A stretch of 64,000 nucleotides of DNA from Escherichia coli (GCF_013315695.1 NZ_CP054353.1), one strand, 5' to 3'; shown: positions 48,027 through 59,924, numbered from the stretch's first letter. Translations and numbers: made by a program. The notes: generated by a model from the letters alone, not told the origin.

Positions 48027-50876
48027 CTACGATTCCCGCGATTTCCTGACCCTCTCGGCATATACCGTCAGCGTCTGTTTTATCACATCCAGCGTTACCG
48101 GCTTCGACAGGCAGCTGTCCATACCGGACTCCAGACACCGCTGCTTCTCTTCAGCCAACGCATTAGCAGTTACTCCGATTACCGGCAACGTCAGTCCCAA
48201 CTGACGAATGCGTTGCGTCAAGCGGTAACCATCCATATTTGGCATGTTGACGTCGCTAAGCACGATATCAATATGATTCTTGCTAAGTACATTAAGCGCA
48301 TCGACGCCATCATTCGCGGTTTTACATTGATAACCCAACGATCCCAACTGATCTGCCAGCAGACGCCGGTTAATCGGATGATCATCCACGACCAGAATCA
48401 TCATATCGTCGTTATCGCTGACCGCTTTGTCCGTCGACGGCAGAGCGTTAGCAGGATCATCGCTCTCCATCTCGATCAAATAAATACGCGCCAACAATGC
48501 CGGTAGCTCATGCGGTGCAGCCACACTGTGTACCCACTCCCCTGGCGCTTTCTCCAGCGGAATACCAATATGGCGACGACAGAAGGTCACTACCGCTCTA
48601 CCCTGCCATTTTTTGCTCACTACCTCGTCAGTGATTAACACATCTTCGGGAGTCGGTTCCTGCCCTTCGTATGTTGTAACGACGATGCCGCTGCGCTGCA
48701 AACTGGTTTCCAGGAACTGACAGAGCGACGCATTGCGGACCGCCAGCCAGCAGCGTTTACCACTCAACCCTTCCACGCCTTTTTTCTGCGGGTACTGAGC
48801 GCCGTACAACGGAATACGCACGGTAAACTGGCTGCCTATTCCCGGTTCTGAATCTACCGAGATGTCGCCGTCCATCATGCTGATCAGTTTTTCACAAATC
48901 GCCAGACCCAGACCGGTCCCCTGGAAGTTTCGCTGTACGCCCGTTCCGACCTGGAAGAAGGGATCAAACAAGCGCACGACTTCTTTCGCCGGAATCCCCA
49001 CGCCGGTATCGCGAACACGGATAGAGAGATAATCGCCATCAGCGCGAACTTGCAAAACTATACAGCCGGTATCGGTGAATTTTATGGCGTTACTCAACAG
49101 GTTGGAGATGACCTGCTGTAAACGCATCGGGTCGCCATTTAAGGCCACTGGCACATCCGGTTCAATAAAGCAGTACAAGCCTAACTGCTTGCGTACCACC
49201 AGCGGTAAATAGTTGGCGGTGATGTGGTTCATCACTTCACGCGGTGAAAACTCACGCGGTTCGATCTTCAACTGTTCTGATTCAATTTTCGAGAAATCGA
49301 GAATATCGCTGATAATTTTCAACAACAGGCTGGAAGAGTTGTTCATTGCCGTCACCAGACGATCGACGCCTTTCGGTAACTCTTTGGTTTGCAACAGATC
49401 CAGGTTACCGATAATGCCATACAGCGGCGTTCGCAGCTCATGACTGACGGTGGCAAGGAACATCGATTTTGACTGGCTCGCCTGTTCCGCTGCTTGTGCC
49501 ATCTCCTGCAACGACTCTTCCATCTTCACGCGCGAAGAAACATCCACCAGCACACAAATGGCCACGTTTTCATTACGATAGCGCGAATGGACGAAGCTGA
49601 TTTGCAGATTGGTATTGTTGCTGGTCAGGACATCAACAAAATTGACCTGCTGCCCACAGATAATTTGTGTCAGCCGTTGGCGATCCTCATGCGTAAGCAT
49701 ATTGAGATAGGTATGCGCCAGTTCGTTACTTAAAATATTGACGCCATCAGCGGTACGCAATATGCAGATACCCACTGGCGCGGAGGCGACAATCTTGCGA
49801 TTAAACTGCTCATGTTCTTCCAGTCGCAGGGCGTCGCTTTCCGCCGGAATGAAAATACGCCGCTCGTACATCCGCGCGAGAGTAAACAATGCAGCTCCGG
49901 CAAGCACATTCAGCAAAATTGCGTTAAGGATCAACATGCGAATGCGTTCCAGCACCTTATCAACCGGCACCGAATACACGATGCTTAGCGATGAGGGTGG
50001 CAGATTTTTCTTCAGCACCAGCTCCCGGAACCCTTCCGTATAGCCAAACCAGGAGCGTTCCTGCATCCAGCGAGGATCGCCCTTAATTTTGCTTTCTGGT
50101 CCGGTAAGCGAAATCAGGGTATGACCATTTTCATCAAGAATGGTAACCCCCATCGGCAACGTACCAGGCAAGAAAAAGTTCTCCATCCGGATGGTCTGCT
50201 CGACACCCAAAAGCGCCTGCAACCGGTTCGCCAGATAAACTGGCGTCAAGGCGTAAAAATACCCGACGCCAGGGCGCGGACCTTCGCTGATCCAGTAGAG
50301 GTTACTGCCGCTATCATCTTGTGGTGCATTTCGATATTTATTAATGCGTTCATGCAACGCTTTTAGCGCGGTATCGCGTTCCACTGGCATATCACGCAGA
50401 CCGAAATTGGCCATGCAGAGGTTATCGCTGCCGATTAAAAATACCCGGTTGAGATCGTAAGCCGCAGAAAAATTATCGCGCCAGTAGCGCATAAACCACG
50501 CCAATGACTCCAGAGAACCTCGCCAGGTGTTACTCATTGCGGAACAATCAGAGTCAGCAAACAGCGGTTCAAACGCAGGCACATCCGTCTGCGTTTCTCG
50601 TCCACGCGGGGAAAGCACACCGTTTTCTGCCGATAAGCGATTTTCGGCGATGTACTTCAGCTCTTTCATCACATCAGAGGTGCGTTGAATAAAGCGCTGA
50701 GCCTGATCGGAACTCAGATTAAATTCCTGACGAATTTCCGATTCTCGCTGATGTAACGCATTAACGATGTAAAAAACGGATGAAAAAGCAATCAACAGCC
50801 AGAGCACTAACGCCAATGCTCTGAACATGTAGCGCGAGGCTTTCAGGGTTGTACGAAAAGAAGCAAGGTATTTCAA
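48027..50876 (-). CDS. rcsC: Hybrid sensor histidine kinase RcsC
   Basis: 949-aa ORF with TM-flanked periplasmic domain, HisKA/HATPase region and C-terminal receiver domain. Confidence 0.93.
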   Translation of the reverse strand: MKYLASFRTTLKASRYMFRALALVLWLLIAFSSVFYIVNALHQRESEIRQEFNLSSDQAQRFIQRTSDVMKELKYIAENRLSAENGVLSPRGRETQTDVPAFEPLFADSDCSAMSNTWRGSLESLAWFMRYWRDNFSAAYDLNRVFLIGSDNLCMANFGLRDMPVERDTALKALHERINKYRNAPQDDSGSNLYWISEGPRPGVGYFYALTPVYLANRLQALLGVEQTIRMENFFLPGTLPMGVTILDENGHTLISLTGPESKIKGDPRWMQERSWFGYTEGFRELVLKKNLPPSSLSIVYSVPVDKVLERIRMLILNAILLNVLAGAALFTLARMYERRIFIPAESDALRLEEHEQFNRKIVASAPVGICILRTADGVNILSNELAHTYLNMLTHEDRQRLTQIICGQQVNFVDVLTSNNTNLQISFVHSRYRNENVAICVLVDVSSRVKMEESLQEMAQAAEQASQSKSMFLATVSHELRTPLYGIIGNLDLLQTKELPKGVDRLVTAMNNSSSLLLKIISDILDFSKIESEQLKIEPREFSPREVMNHITANYLPLVVRKQLGLYCFIEPDVPVALNGDPMRLQQVISNLLSNAIKFTDTGCIVLQVRADGDYLSIRVRDTGVGIPAKEVVRLFDPFFQVGTGVQRNFQGTGLGLAICEKLISMMDGDISVDSEPGIGSQFTVRIPLYGAQYPQKKGVEGLSGKRCWLAVRNASLCQFLETSLQRSGIVVTTYEGQEPTPEDVLITDEVVSKKWQGRAVVTFCRRHIGIPLEKAPGEWVHSVAAPHELPALLARIYLIEMESDDPANALPSTDKAVSDNDDMMILVVDDHPINRRLLADQLGSLGYQCKTANDGVDALNVLSKNHIDIVLSDVNMPNMDGYRLTQRIRQLGLTLPVIGVTANALAEEKQRCLESGMDSCLSKPVTLDVIKQTLTVYAERVRKSRES

Positions 50877-51555
50877 AGGGGCGAAGCTCCGCCTCAGGTG
50901 ACCGATGGAGTGTGGTTAAGGTAGCGGTAAAAGCGTGTTACCGCAATGTTCTCTCTTCTCTGGAATATGATACACCGCCGAGAAATCATCACCTTAACCT
51001 CTGATAATCGTCATATACCGGACAAGACTAGTGGATTTCAGCATGCATTATATGAAGTGGATTTATCCACGCCGCTTACGCAATCAAATGATTCTGATGG
51101 CAATCCTGATGGTCATTGTCCCAACGCTTACTATTGGTTATATCGTAGAAACAGAAGGACGTTCAGCAGTCTTATCTGAAAAAGAGAAAAAACTTTCTGC
51201 CGTGGTCAACCTGCTTAATCAGGCGCTAGGCGATCGCTATGATCTCTACATCGACTTACCGCGTGAGGAGCGTATCCGCGCATTAAATGCAGAACTTGCC
51301 CCCATTACCGAAAATATCACTCACGCCTTCCCTGGCATCGGCGCTGGTTATTACAACAAAACGCTGGATGCGATAATCACCTACGCGCCTTCAGCGCTAT
51401 ATCAGAATAATGTGGGCGTTACCATTGCCGCAGATCACCCTGGTCGCGAAGTCATGCGTACAAATACCCCTTTGGTTTATTCAGGCAGGCAGGTGCGCGG
51501 CGATATTTTGAATTCAATGATCCCCATTGAGCGTAATGGTGAAATCCTCGGCTAT

Positions 51556-51564
51556 ATCTGGGCC
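51556..51564. repeat. 9-bp target-site duplication of IS1 copy 2 (atctgggcc); second copy at 52333..52341
   Basis: Identical 9-mer directly flanks both IS1 ends; the repeat encodes I-W-A of AtoS. Confidence 0.88.
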
Positions 51565-51579
51565 GGTAATGACTCCAAC

Positions 51580-52083
51580 TTATTGATAGTGTTTTATGTT
51601 CAGATAATGCCCGATGACTTTGTCATGCAGCTCCACCGATTTTGAGAACGACAGCGACTTCCGTCCCAGCCGTGCCAGGTGCTGCCTCAGATTCAGGTTA
51701 TGCCGCTCAATTCGCTGCGTATATCGCTTGCTGATTACGTGCAGCTTTCCCTTCAGGCGGGATTCATACAGCGGCCAGCCATCCGTCATCCATATCACCA
51801 CGTCAAAGGGTGACAGCAGGCTCATAAGACGCCCCAGCGTCGCCATAGTGCGTTCACCGAATACGTGCGCAACAACCGTCTTCCGGAGCCTGTCATACGC
51901 GTAAAACAGCCAGCGCTGGCGCGATTTAGCCCCGACATAGCCCCACTGTTCGTCCATTTCCGCGCAGACGATGACGTCACTGCCCGGCTGTATGCGCGAG
52001 GTTACCGACTGCGGCCTGAGTTTTTTAAGTGACGTAAAATCGTGTTGAGGCCAACGCCCATAATGCGGGCTGTTGCCCGGCAT
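51580..52083 (-). CDS. insB: IS1 InsB reading frame (copy 2)
   Basis: 167-aa ORF identical to copy 1 InsB. Confidence 0.88.
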
Positions 52084-52277
52084 CCAACGCCATTCATGGC
52101 CATATCAATGATTTTCTGGTGCGTACCGGGTTGAGAAGCGGTGTAAGTGAACTGCAGTTGCCATGTTTTACGGCAGTGAGAGCAGAGATAGCGCTGATGT
52201 CCGGCGGTGCTTTTGCCGTTACGCACCACCCCGTCAGTAGCTGAACAGGAGGGACAGCTGATAGAAACAGAAGCCAC
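52002..52277 (-). CDS. insA: IS1 InsA protein (copy 2)
   Basis: 91-aa ORF identical to copy 1 InsA. Confidence 0.93.
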
Positions 52278-53642
52278 TGGAGCACCTCAAAAACACCATC
52301 ATACACTAAATCAGTAAGTTGGCAGCATCACCATCTGGGCCAATGAATTAACCGAAGATATTCGCCGCCAGGCCTGGAAAATGGATGTGAGGATTATCAT
52401 TGTGCTCACCGCCGGTTTGCTGATAAGCCTGCTGTTGATTGTCCTTTTCTCCCGTCGCCTGAGCGCCAATATAGATATCATCACCGATGGCCTCTCGACT
52501 CTGGCACAAAATATTCCCACTCGATTACCACAATTGCCCGGTGAAATGGGGCAAATCAGTCAGAGTGTTAACAACCTCGCCCAGGCACTGCGTGAAACGC
52601 GGACACTTAACGATCTGATTATTGAAAACGCTGCCGATGGCGTCATTGCCATTGACCGCCAGGGTGATGTAACCACCATGAACCCGGCAGCAGAAGTCAT
52701 TACTGGCTATCAACGTCATGAACTGGTAGGGCAGCCTTACTCCATGTTGTTCGACAATACTCAGTTCTACAGTCCAGTACTGGATACGCTGGAACATGGC
52801 ACCGAACATGTAGCACTGGAGATCAGTTTTCCAGGCCGTGACCGCACCATTGAACTCAGTGTCACGACCAGTCGTATTCATAACACGCACGGTGAAATGA
52901 TAGGTGCTTTGGTGATTTTCTCTGATTTAACTGCCCGCAAAGAAACCCAGCGCCGCATGGCGCAAGCAGAACGCCTCGCTACACTGGGTGAGCTGATGGC
53001 TGGCGTGGCGCATGAAGTACGTAATCCGCTAACGGCTATTCGTGGTTATGTACAGATCTTGCGCCAACAAACCAGCGACCCAATACATCAGGAATATCTG
53101 TCCGTAGTACTCAAAGAAATCGATTCAATTAACAAAGTTATTCAGCAATTGCTCGAATTTTCACGTCCACGCCACAGTCAATGGCAACAAGTCAGCCTCA
53201 ATGCATTGGTTGAAGAAACTCTGGTACTGGTACAAACCGCCGGCGTACAAGCGCGGGTCGACTTCATAAGCGAACTGGATAATGAATTAAGCCCGATTAA
53301 CGCCGATCGTGAACTGCTCAAACAGGTACTACTGAATATCCTGATCAATGCCGTCCAGGCTATCAGTGCACGAGGGAAAATTCGCATTCGAACCTGGCAA
53401 TACAGCGACTCACAACAGGCCATTTCGATAGAGGACAACGGCTGTGGCATTGATCTCTCGCTGCAAAAAAAGATCTTCGATCCCTTTTTCACCACCAAAG
53501 CCTCAGGAACCGGGCTTGGTCTGGCGTTAAGTCAACGCATCATTAATGCCCATCAGGGTGATATTCGCGTCGCCAGTTTGCCGGGCTACGGCGCAACCTT
53601 CACGCTTATTTTACCGATCAACCCGCAGGGAAATCAGACTGT

Positions 53643-55028
53643 ATGACTGCTATTAATCGCATCCTTATTGTGGATGATGAAGATAATGTTCGCCGTATGC
53701 TGAGCACCGCTTTTGCACTACAAGGATTCGAAACACATTGTGCGAACAACGGACGCACAGCATTACACCTGTTTGCCGATATTCACCCTGACGTGGTGTT
53801 GATGGATATCCGCATGCCAGAGATGGACGGCATCAAGGCACTCAAGGAGATGCGCAGCCATGAGACACGGACACCCGTTATTCTGATGACGGCCTATGCT
53901 GAAGTGGAAACCGCCGTCGAAGCGCTACGCTGCGGGGCCTTCGACTATGTTATTAAACCGTTTGATCTCGATGAGTTGAATTTAATCGTTCAGCGCGCTT
54001 TACAACTCCAGTCAATGAAAAAAGAGATCCGTCATCTGCACCAGGCACTGAGCACCAGCTGGCAATGGGGGCACATTCTCACCAACAGCCCGGCGATGAT
54101 GGACATCTGCAAAGACACCGCCAAAATTGCCCTTTCTCAGGCCAGCGTCTTGATTAGTGGTGAAAGCGGCACCGGGAAAGAGTTGATTGCCAGAGCGATT
54201 CACTACAATTCGCGGCGGGCAAAGGGGCCGTTCATTAAAGTCAACTGCGCGGCACTGCCGGAATCGTTGCTCGAAAGTGAACTGTTTGGTCATGAAAAAG
54301 GTGCATTTACTGGTGCACAAACCTTGCGTCAGGGATTATTTGAACGTGCCAACGAAGGTACTCTGCTCCTCGACGAAATTGGTGAAATGCCGCTGGTACT
54401 GCAAGCCAAATTACTACGCATTCTGCAGGAACGGGAATTTGAGCGGATTGGCGGCCATCAGACCATAAAAGTTGATATCCGCATCATTGCTGCCACCAAC
54501 CGCGACTTGCAGGCAATGGTGAAAGAAGGCACCTTCCGTGAAGATCTCTTTTATCGCCTTAACGTTATTCATTTAATACTGCCGCCTCTGCGCGATCGCC
54601 GGGAAGATATTTCCCTGTTAGCTAATCACTTTTTGCAAAAATTCAGTAGTGAGAATCAGCGCGATATTATCGACATCGATCCGATGGCAATGTCACTGCT
54701 TACCGCCTGGTCATGGCCGGGAAATATTCGAGAGCTTTCCAACGTTATTGAACGCGCCGTCGTGATGAATTCAGGCCCGATCATTTTTTCTGAGGATCTT
54801 CCGCCGCAGATTCGTCAGCCAGTCTGTAATGCTGGTGAAGCAAAAACAGCCCCTGTCGGTGAGCGTAATTTAAAAGAGGAAATTAAACGCGTCGAAAAAC
54901 GCATCATTATGGAAGTGCTGGAACAACAAGAAGGAAACCGAACCCGCACTGCTTTAATGCTGGGCATCAGTCGCCGTGCATTGATGTATAAACTCCAGGA
55001 ATACGGTATCGATCCGGCGGATGTATAA
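53643..55028 (+). CDS. atoC: Sigma-54-dependent response regulator AtoC
   Basis: 461-aa ORF with receiver domain, AAA+ sigma-54 activator core (GESGTGKE, GAFTGA) and C-terminal HTH; 4-bp overlap with atoS stop. Confidence 0.93.
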   Translation: MTAINRILIVDDEDNVRRMLSTAFALQGFETHCANNGRTALHLFADIHPDVVLMDIRMPEMDGIKALKEMRSHETRTPVILMTAYAEVETAVEALRCGAFDYVIKPFDLDELNLIVQRALQLQSMKKEIRHLHQALSTSWQWGHILTNSPAMMDICKDTAKIALSQASVLISGESGTGKELIARAIHYNSRRAKGPFIKVNCAALPESLLESELFGHEKGAFTGAQTLRQGLFERANEGTLLLDEIGEMPLVLQAKLLRILQEREFERIGGHQTIKVDIRIIAATNRDLQAMVKEGTFREDLFYRLNVIHLILPPLRDRREDISLLANHFLQKFSSENQRDIIDIDPMAMSLLTAWSWPGNIRELSNVIERAVVMNSGPIIFSEDLPPQIRQPVCNAGEAKTAPVGERNLKEEIKRVEKRIIMEVLEQQEGNRTRTALMLGISRRALMYKLQEYGIDPADV

Positions 55029-55223
55029 CGCCAAAACTTGCTATGCAGAAATTTGCACAGTGCGCAATTTTCTGCATAGCCGCTCATTCTCCTTATAAAC
55101 CCCCATCTAATTTATCCTTTTCTATTCAATTAGTTAAATAACAACCCCCAATAATCTCATTCTGGCACTCCCCTTGCTATTCCCTGACTGTACCCACAAC
55201 GGTGTATGCAAGAGGGATAAAAA

Positions 55224-55886
55224 ATGAAAACAAAATTGATGACATTACAAGACGCCACCGGCTTCTTTCGTGACGGCATGACCATCATGGTGGGCGGATT
55301 TATGGGGATTGGCACTCCATCCCGCCTGGTTGAAGCATTACTGGAATCTGGTGTTCGCGACCTGACATTGATAGCCAATGATACCGCGTTTGTTGATACC
55401 GGCATCGGTCCGCTCATCGTCAATGGTCGAGTCCGCAAAGTGATTGCTTCACATATCGGTACCAACCCGGAAACAGGTCGGCGCATGATTTCTGGTGAGA
55501 TGGACGTCGTTCTGGTGCCGCAAGGTACGCTAATCGAGCAAATTCGCTGTGGCGGAGCTGGACTTGGTGGTTTTCTCACCCCAACTGGTGTCGGCACCGT
55601 CGTAGAGGAAGGCAAACAGACACTGACACTCGACGGTAAAACCTGGCTGCTCGAACGCCCGCTGCGCGCCGACCTGGCGCTCATTCGCGCTCATCGTTGC
55701 GACACACTTGGCAACCTGACCTATCACCTTAGCGCCCGCAACTTTAACCCCCTGATAGCCCTTGCGGCTGATATCACGCTGGTAGAGCCAGATGAACTGG
55801 TCGAAACCGGCGAGCTGCAACCTGACCATATTGTCACCCCTGGTGCCGTTATCGACCACATCATCGTTTCACAGGAGAGCAAATAA
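55224..55886 (+). CDS. atoD: Acetate CoA-transferase subunit alpha AtoD
   Basis: 220-aa ORF; first gene of atoDAEB. Confidence 0.92.
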   Translation: MKTKLMTLQDATGFFRDGMTIMVGGFMGIGTPSRLVEALLESGVRDLTLIANDTAFVDTGIGPLIVNGRVRKVIASHIGTNPETGRRMISGEMDVVLVPQGTLIEQIRCGGAGLGGFLTPTGVGTVVEEGKQTLTLDGKTWLLERPLRADLALIRAHRCDTLGNLTYHLSARNFNPLIALAADITLVEPDELVETGELQPDHIVTPGAVIDHIIVSQESK

Positions 55887-56536
55887 TGGATGCGAAACAA
55901 CGTATTGCGCGCCGTGTGGCGCAAGAGCTTCGTGATGGTGACATCGTTAACTTAGGGATCGGTTTACCCACAATGGTCGCCAATTATTTACCGGAGGGTA
56001 TTCATATCACTCTGCAATCGGAAAACGGCTTCCTCGGTTTAGGCCTGGTCACGACAGCGCATCCAGATCTGGTGAACGCTGGCGGACAACCGTGCGGCAT
56101 TTTACCCGGCGCAGCCATGTTTGATAGCGCCATGTCATTTGCGCTAATCCGTGGCGGTCATATTGATGCCTGCGTGCTCGGCGGTTTGCAAGTAGACGAA
56201 GAAGCAAACCTCGCGAACTGGGTAGTGCCTGGGAAAATGGTGCCCGGTATGGGTGGCGCGATGGATCTGGTGACCGGGTCGCGCAAAGTGATCATCGCCA
56301 TGGAACATTGCGCCAAAGATGGTTCAGCAAAAATTTTGCGCCGCTGCACCATGCCTCTCACTGCGCAACATGCGGTGCATATGCTGGTTACTGAACTGGC
56401 TGTCTTTCGTTTTATTGACGGCAAAATGTGGCTCACCGAAATTGCCGACGGGTGTGATTTAGCCACCGTGCGTGCCAAAACAGAAGCTCGGTTTGAAGTA
56501 GCTGCCGACCTGAATACGCAACGGGGTGATTTATGA
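55886..56536 (+). CDS. atoA: Acetate CoA-transferase subunit beta AtoA
   Basis: 216-aa ORF directly abutting atoD. Confidence 0.92.
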   Translation: MDAKQRIARRVAQELRDGDIVNLGIGLPTMVANYLPEGIHITLQSENGFLGLGLVTTAHPDLVNAGGQPCGILPGAAMFDSAMSFALIRGGHIDACVLGGLQVDEEANLANWVVPGKMVPGMGGAMDLVTGSRKVIIAMEHCAKDGSAKILRRCTMPLTAQHAVHMLVTELAVFRFIDGKMWLTEIADGCDLATVRAKTEARFEVAADLNTQRGDL

Positions 56537-57855
56537 TTGGTCGCATATCGCGTTTTATGACGCGTTTTGTCAGCCGGTGGCTTCCCGATCCACTGATCTT
56601 TGCCATGTTGCTGACATTGCTAACATTCGTGATCGCGCTTTGGTTAACACCACAAACGCCGATCAGCATGGTGAAAATGTGGGGTGACGGTTTCTGGAAC
56701 TTGCTGGCGTTTGGTATGCAGATGGCGCTTATCATCGTTACCGGTCATGCCCTTGCCAGCTCTGCTCCGGTAAAAAGTTTGCTGCGTACTGCCGCCTCCG
56801 CCGCAAAGACGCCCGTACAGGGCGTCATGCTGGTTACTTTCTTCGGTTCAGTCGCTTGTGTCATCAACTGGGGATTTGGTTTGGTTGTCGGCGCAATGTT
56901 TGCCCGTGAAGTCGCCCGCCGAGTACCCGGTTCTGATTATCCGTTGCTCATTGCCTGCGCCTACATTGGTTTTCTCACCTGGGGTGGCGGTTTCTCTGGC
57001 TCAATGCCTCTGTTGGCTGCAACACCGGGCAACCCGGTTGAGCATATCGCCGGGCTGATCCCGGTGGGCGATACTCTGTTCAGTGGTTTTAACATTTTCA
57101 TCACTGTGGCGTTGATTGTGGTGATGCCATTTATCACCCGCATGATGATGCCAAAACCGTCTGACGTGGTGAGTATCGATCCGAAACTACTCATGGAAGA
57201 GGCTGATTTCCAAAAGCAGCTACCGAAAGATGCCCCACCATCCGAGCGGCTGGAAGAAAGCCGCATTCTGACGTTGATCATCGGCGCACTCGGTATCGCT
57301 TACCTTGCGATGTACTTCAGCGAACATGGCTTCAACATCACCATCAATACCGTCAACCTGATGTTTATGATTGCGGGTCTGCTGCTACATAAAACGCCAA
57401 TGGCTTATATGCGTGCTATCAGCGCGGCAGCACGCAGTACTGCCGGTATTCTGGTGCAATTCCCCTTCTACGCTGGGATCCAACTGATGATGGAGCATTC
57501 CGGTCTGGGCGGACTCATTACCGAATTCTTCATCAATGTTGCGAACAAAGACACCTTCCCGGTAATGACCTTTTTTAGTTCTGCACTGATTAACTTCGCC
57601 GTTCCGTCTGGCGGCGGTCACTGGGTTATTCAGGGACCTTTCGTGATACCCGCAGCCCAGGCGCTGGGCGCTGATCTCGGTAAATCGGTAATGGCGATCG
57701 CCTACGGCGAGCAATGGATGAACATGGCACAACCGTTCTGGGCGCTGCCAGCACTGGCAATCGCCGGACTCGGTGTCCGCGACATCATGGGCTATTGCAT
57801 CACTGCCCTGCTCTTCTCCGGCGTCATTTTCGTCATTGGTTTAACGCTGTTCTGA
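56533..57855 (+). CDS. atoE: Short-chain fatty acid transporter AtoE
   Basis: 440-aa polytopic membrane ORF. Confidence 0.9.
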   Translation: MIGRISRFMTRFVSRWLPDPLIFAMLLTLLTFVIALWLTPQTPISMVKMWGDGFWNLLAFGMQMALIIVTGHALASSAPVKSLLRTAASAAKTPVQGVMLVTFFGSVACVINWGFGLVVGAMFAREVARRVPGSDYPLLIACAYIGFLTWGGGFSGSMPLLAATPGNPVEHIAGLIPVGDTLFSGFNIFITVALIVVMPFITRMMMPKPSDVVSIDPKLLMEEADFQKQLPKDAPPSERLEESRILTLIIGALGIAYLAMYFSEHGFNITINTVNLMFMIAGLLLHKTPMAYMRAISAAARSTAGILVQFPFYAGIQLMMEHSGLGGLITEFFINVANKDTFPVMTFFSSALINFAVPSGGGHWVIQGPFVIPAAQALGADLGKSVMAIAYGEQWMNMAQPFWALPALAIAGLGVRDIMGYCITALLFSGVIFVIGLTLF

Positions 57856-57885
57856 CGGCAACCCTACAGACAGAAGGAATATAAA

Positions 57886-59070
57886 ATGAAAAATTGTGTC
57901 ATCGTCAGTGCGGTACGTACTGCTATCGGTAGTTTTAACGGTTCACTCGCTTCCACCAGCGCCATCGACCTGGGGGCGACAGTAATTAAAGCCGCCATTG
58001 AACGTGCAAAAATCGATTCACTACACATTGATGAAGTGATTATGGGTAACGTGTTGCAAGCCGGGCTGGGGCAAAATCCGGCGCGTCAGGCGCTGCTAAA
58101 AAGCGGACTAGCTGAAACGGTGTGCGGATTCACGATCAACAAAGTGTGCGGTTCAGGTCTGAAAAGCGTGGCGCTTGCTGCACAGGCGATTCAGGCAGGT
58201 CAGGCACAGAGCATTGTGGCGGGGGGTATGGAAAATATGAGTTTAGCACCCTACTTACTCGATGCAAAAGCACGCTCTGGTTATCGTCTTGGAGACGGAC
58301 AGGTTTATGACGTAATCCTGCGCGATGGCCTGATGTGCGCCACCCATGGTTATCATATGGGGATTACCGCCGAAAACGTGGCTAAAGAGTACGGAATTAC
58401 CCGTGAAATGCAGGATGAACTGGCGCTACATTCACAGCGTAAAGCTGCAGCCGCAATTGAGTCCGGTGCTTTTACAGCCGAAATCGTCCCGGTAAATATT
58501 GTCACCCGGAAGAAAACCTTCGTCTTCAGTCAAGACGAATTCCCGAAAGCGAATTCAACGGCTGAAGCGTTAGGTGCATTGCGCCCGGCCTTCGATAAAG
58601 CAGGAACAGTCACCGCCGGGAACGCGTCTGGTATTAACGACGGTGCTGCCGCTCTGGTGATTATGGAAGAATCTGCGGCGCTGGCAGCAGGCCTTACCCC
58701 CCTGGCTCGCATTAAAAGTTATGCCAGCGGTGGCGTGCCCCCCGCATTGATGGGTATGGGGCCAGTACCTGCCACGCAAAAAGCGTTACAACTGGCGGGG
58801 CTGCAACTGGCGGATATTGATCTCATTGAGGCTAATGAAGCATTTGCCGCACAGTTCCTTGCCGTTGGGAAAACCCTGGGCTTTGATTCTGAGAAAGTGA
58901 ATGTCAACGGCGGGGCCATCGCGCTCGGGCATCCTATCGGTGCCAGTGGTGCTCGTATTCTGGTCACACTATTACATGCCATGCAGGCACGCGATAAAAC
59001 GCTGGGGCTGGCAACACTGTGCATTGGTGGTGGCCAGGGAATTGCGATGGTGATTGAACGGTTGAATTAA
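57886..59070 (+). CDS. atoB: Acetyl-CoA acetyltransferase (thiolase II) AtoB
   Basis: 394-aa ORF with thiolase active-site Cys regions (NKVCGSGL, C-terminal CIGGGQG). Confidence 0.95.
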   Translation: MKNCVIVSAVRTAIGSFNGSLASTSAIDLGATVIKAAIERAKIDSLHIDEVIMGNVLQAGLGQNPARQALLKSGLAETVCGFTINKVCGSGLKSVALAAQAIQAGQAQSIVAGGMENMSLAPYLLDAKARSGYRLGDGQVYDVILRDGLMCATHGYHMGITAENVAKEYGITREMQDELALHSQRKAAAAIESGAFTAEIVPVNIVTRKKTFVFSQDEFPKANSTAEALGALRPAFDKAGTVTAGNASGINDGAAALVIMEESAALAAGLTPLARIKSYASGGVPPALMGMGPVPATQKALQLAGLQLADIDLIEANEAFAAQFLAVGKTLGFDSEKVNVNGGAIALGHPIGASGARILVTLLHAMQARDKTLGLATLCIGGGQGIAMVIERLN

Positions 59071-59081
59071 CCAATAAAAAC

Positions 59082-59112
59082 ACCCGATAGCGAAAGTTAT
59101 CGGGCGTTTTCT
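59082..59112 (+). terminator. Rho-independent terminator of atoB
   Basis: cccgatagcgaaagttatcggg hairpin followed by cgttttctt. Confidence 0.7.
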
Positions 59113-59143
59113 TGAACATCGACGGCGAAGGTAACTCCATTAA

Positions 59144-59920
59144 TCACCAGTCAAAACTTTTCACCAGCGTCAGCTCGCCAGCATTACGCATCGGTACAAT
59201 AAATGTTTCCTGTTTCTCATTGACCGATCCTTCATCGGTGATCAGCGTCAGTTGGGCGGTGGTTAATTCCGTTTCGCTGCGTCCGCCATAGTAGTTGATA
59301 TACACCTGATAGCGCCCGTGAACTGGCGCTGGCATGGCGAAAATCTCGGGGCCGTACCCCGTCGTGACATCCATATCCAGTGCGCCACTGTTGTTCAGCA
59401 CGGTGTTACCGTACCAGGCGTGTTCGCCATCGGGCGTAACAACGTGAAGGTCGAGGTCGGTATTGTCCGTATCCCACGAGAGAACCAGCCGTAAACGTGC
59501 ACGAATCGTTCCTGTACCCGGCGTTGAGTAAAACTGCATTTTTTGCCGGCTTTGCCCATCCGGGCTGATGACCTGCACGCTGTTGCTGCCTTCAGTGAAA
59601 ATATAAGGGCGTGCAAATGAACCATCGGATTCAATTCTCTGCGGCATACTGGCACCGTTGACCACCAGCCGGCCCTGCTGAACTTTACCCGCCGCAGCAT
59701 AATTCTTTATTTTGCCGCGGATCTGCGCTGAGATATTTTGATCATCTGCCATGTTGACGGACGACGCCGGGTAATTGATCGATTGTGAAAAACTGGCATC
59801 TTCGCCCTCTGCCGGATGCCAGCCAGAGAGCGGTGCATCAATCTCGACTTCCTGCACACCTTCACTGTGAGCGACAGGCGAAAGCGCCACCAGTAACAAC
59901 GGAAGAAAAATCTTTCGCAT
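59144..59920 (-). CDS. yfaP: Uncharacterized exported protein YfaP
   Basis: 258-aa ORF with signal peptide; synteny with yfaQ and yfaS. Confidence 0.8.
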   Translation of the reverse strand: MRKIFLPLLLVALSPVAHSEGVQEVEIDAPLSGWHPAEGEDASFSQSINYPASSVNMADDQNISAQIRGKIKNYAAAGKVQQGRLVVNGASMPQRIESDGSFARPYIFTEGSNSVQVISPDGQSRQKMQFYSTPGTGTIRARLRLVLSWDTDNTDLDLHVVTPDGEHAWYGNTVLNNSGALDMDVTTGYGPEIFAMPAPVHGRYQVYINYYGGRSETELTTAQLTLITDEGSVNEKQETFIVPMRNAGELTLVKSFDW

Positions 59921-59924
59921 AGCA

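Larger units (their letters stand above)
51565..52332 (-). mobile_element. IS1 insertion sequence, complete (768 bp), copy 2, inverted relative to copy 1
   Basis: Reverse-complemented IS1 ends (ggtaatgactccaacttattgat ... atcagtaagttggcagcatcacc); InsA and InsB translations identical to copy 1. Confidence 0.95.
51043..53646 (+). pseudogene. atoS: Sensor histidine kinase AtoS, interrupted by IS1 after codon 174
   Basis: N-terminal part (MHYMKWIYP..., 51043..51564) and C-terminal part (52342..53646, in the same frame once IS1 and one 9-bp repeat are removed) together give 608 aa; IS1 lies between them. Confidence 0.88.
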
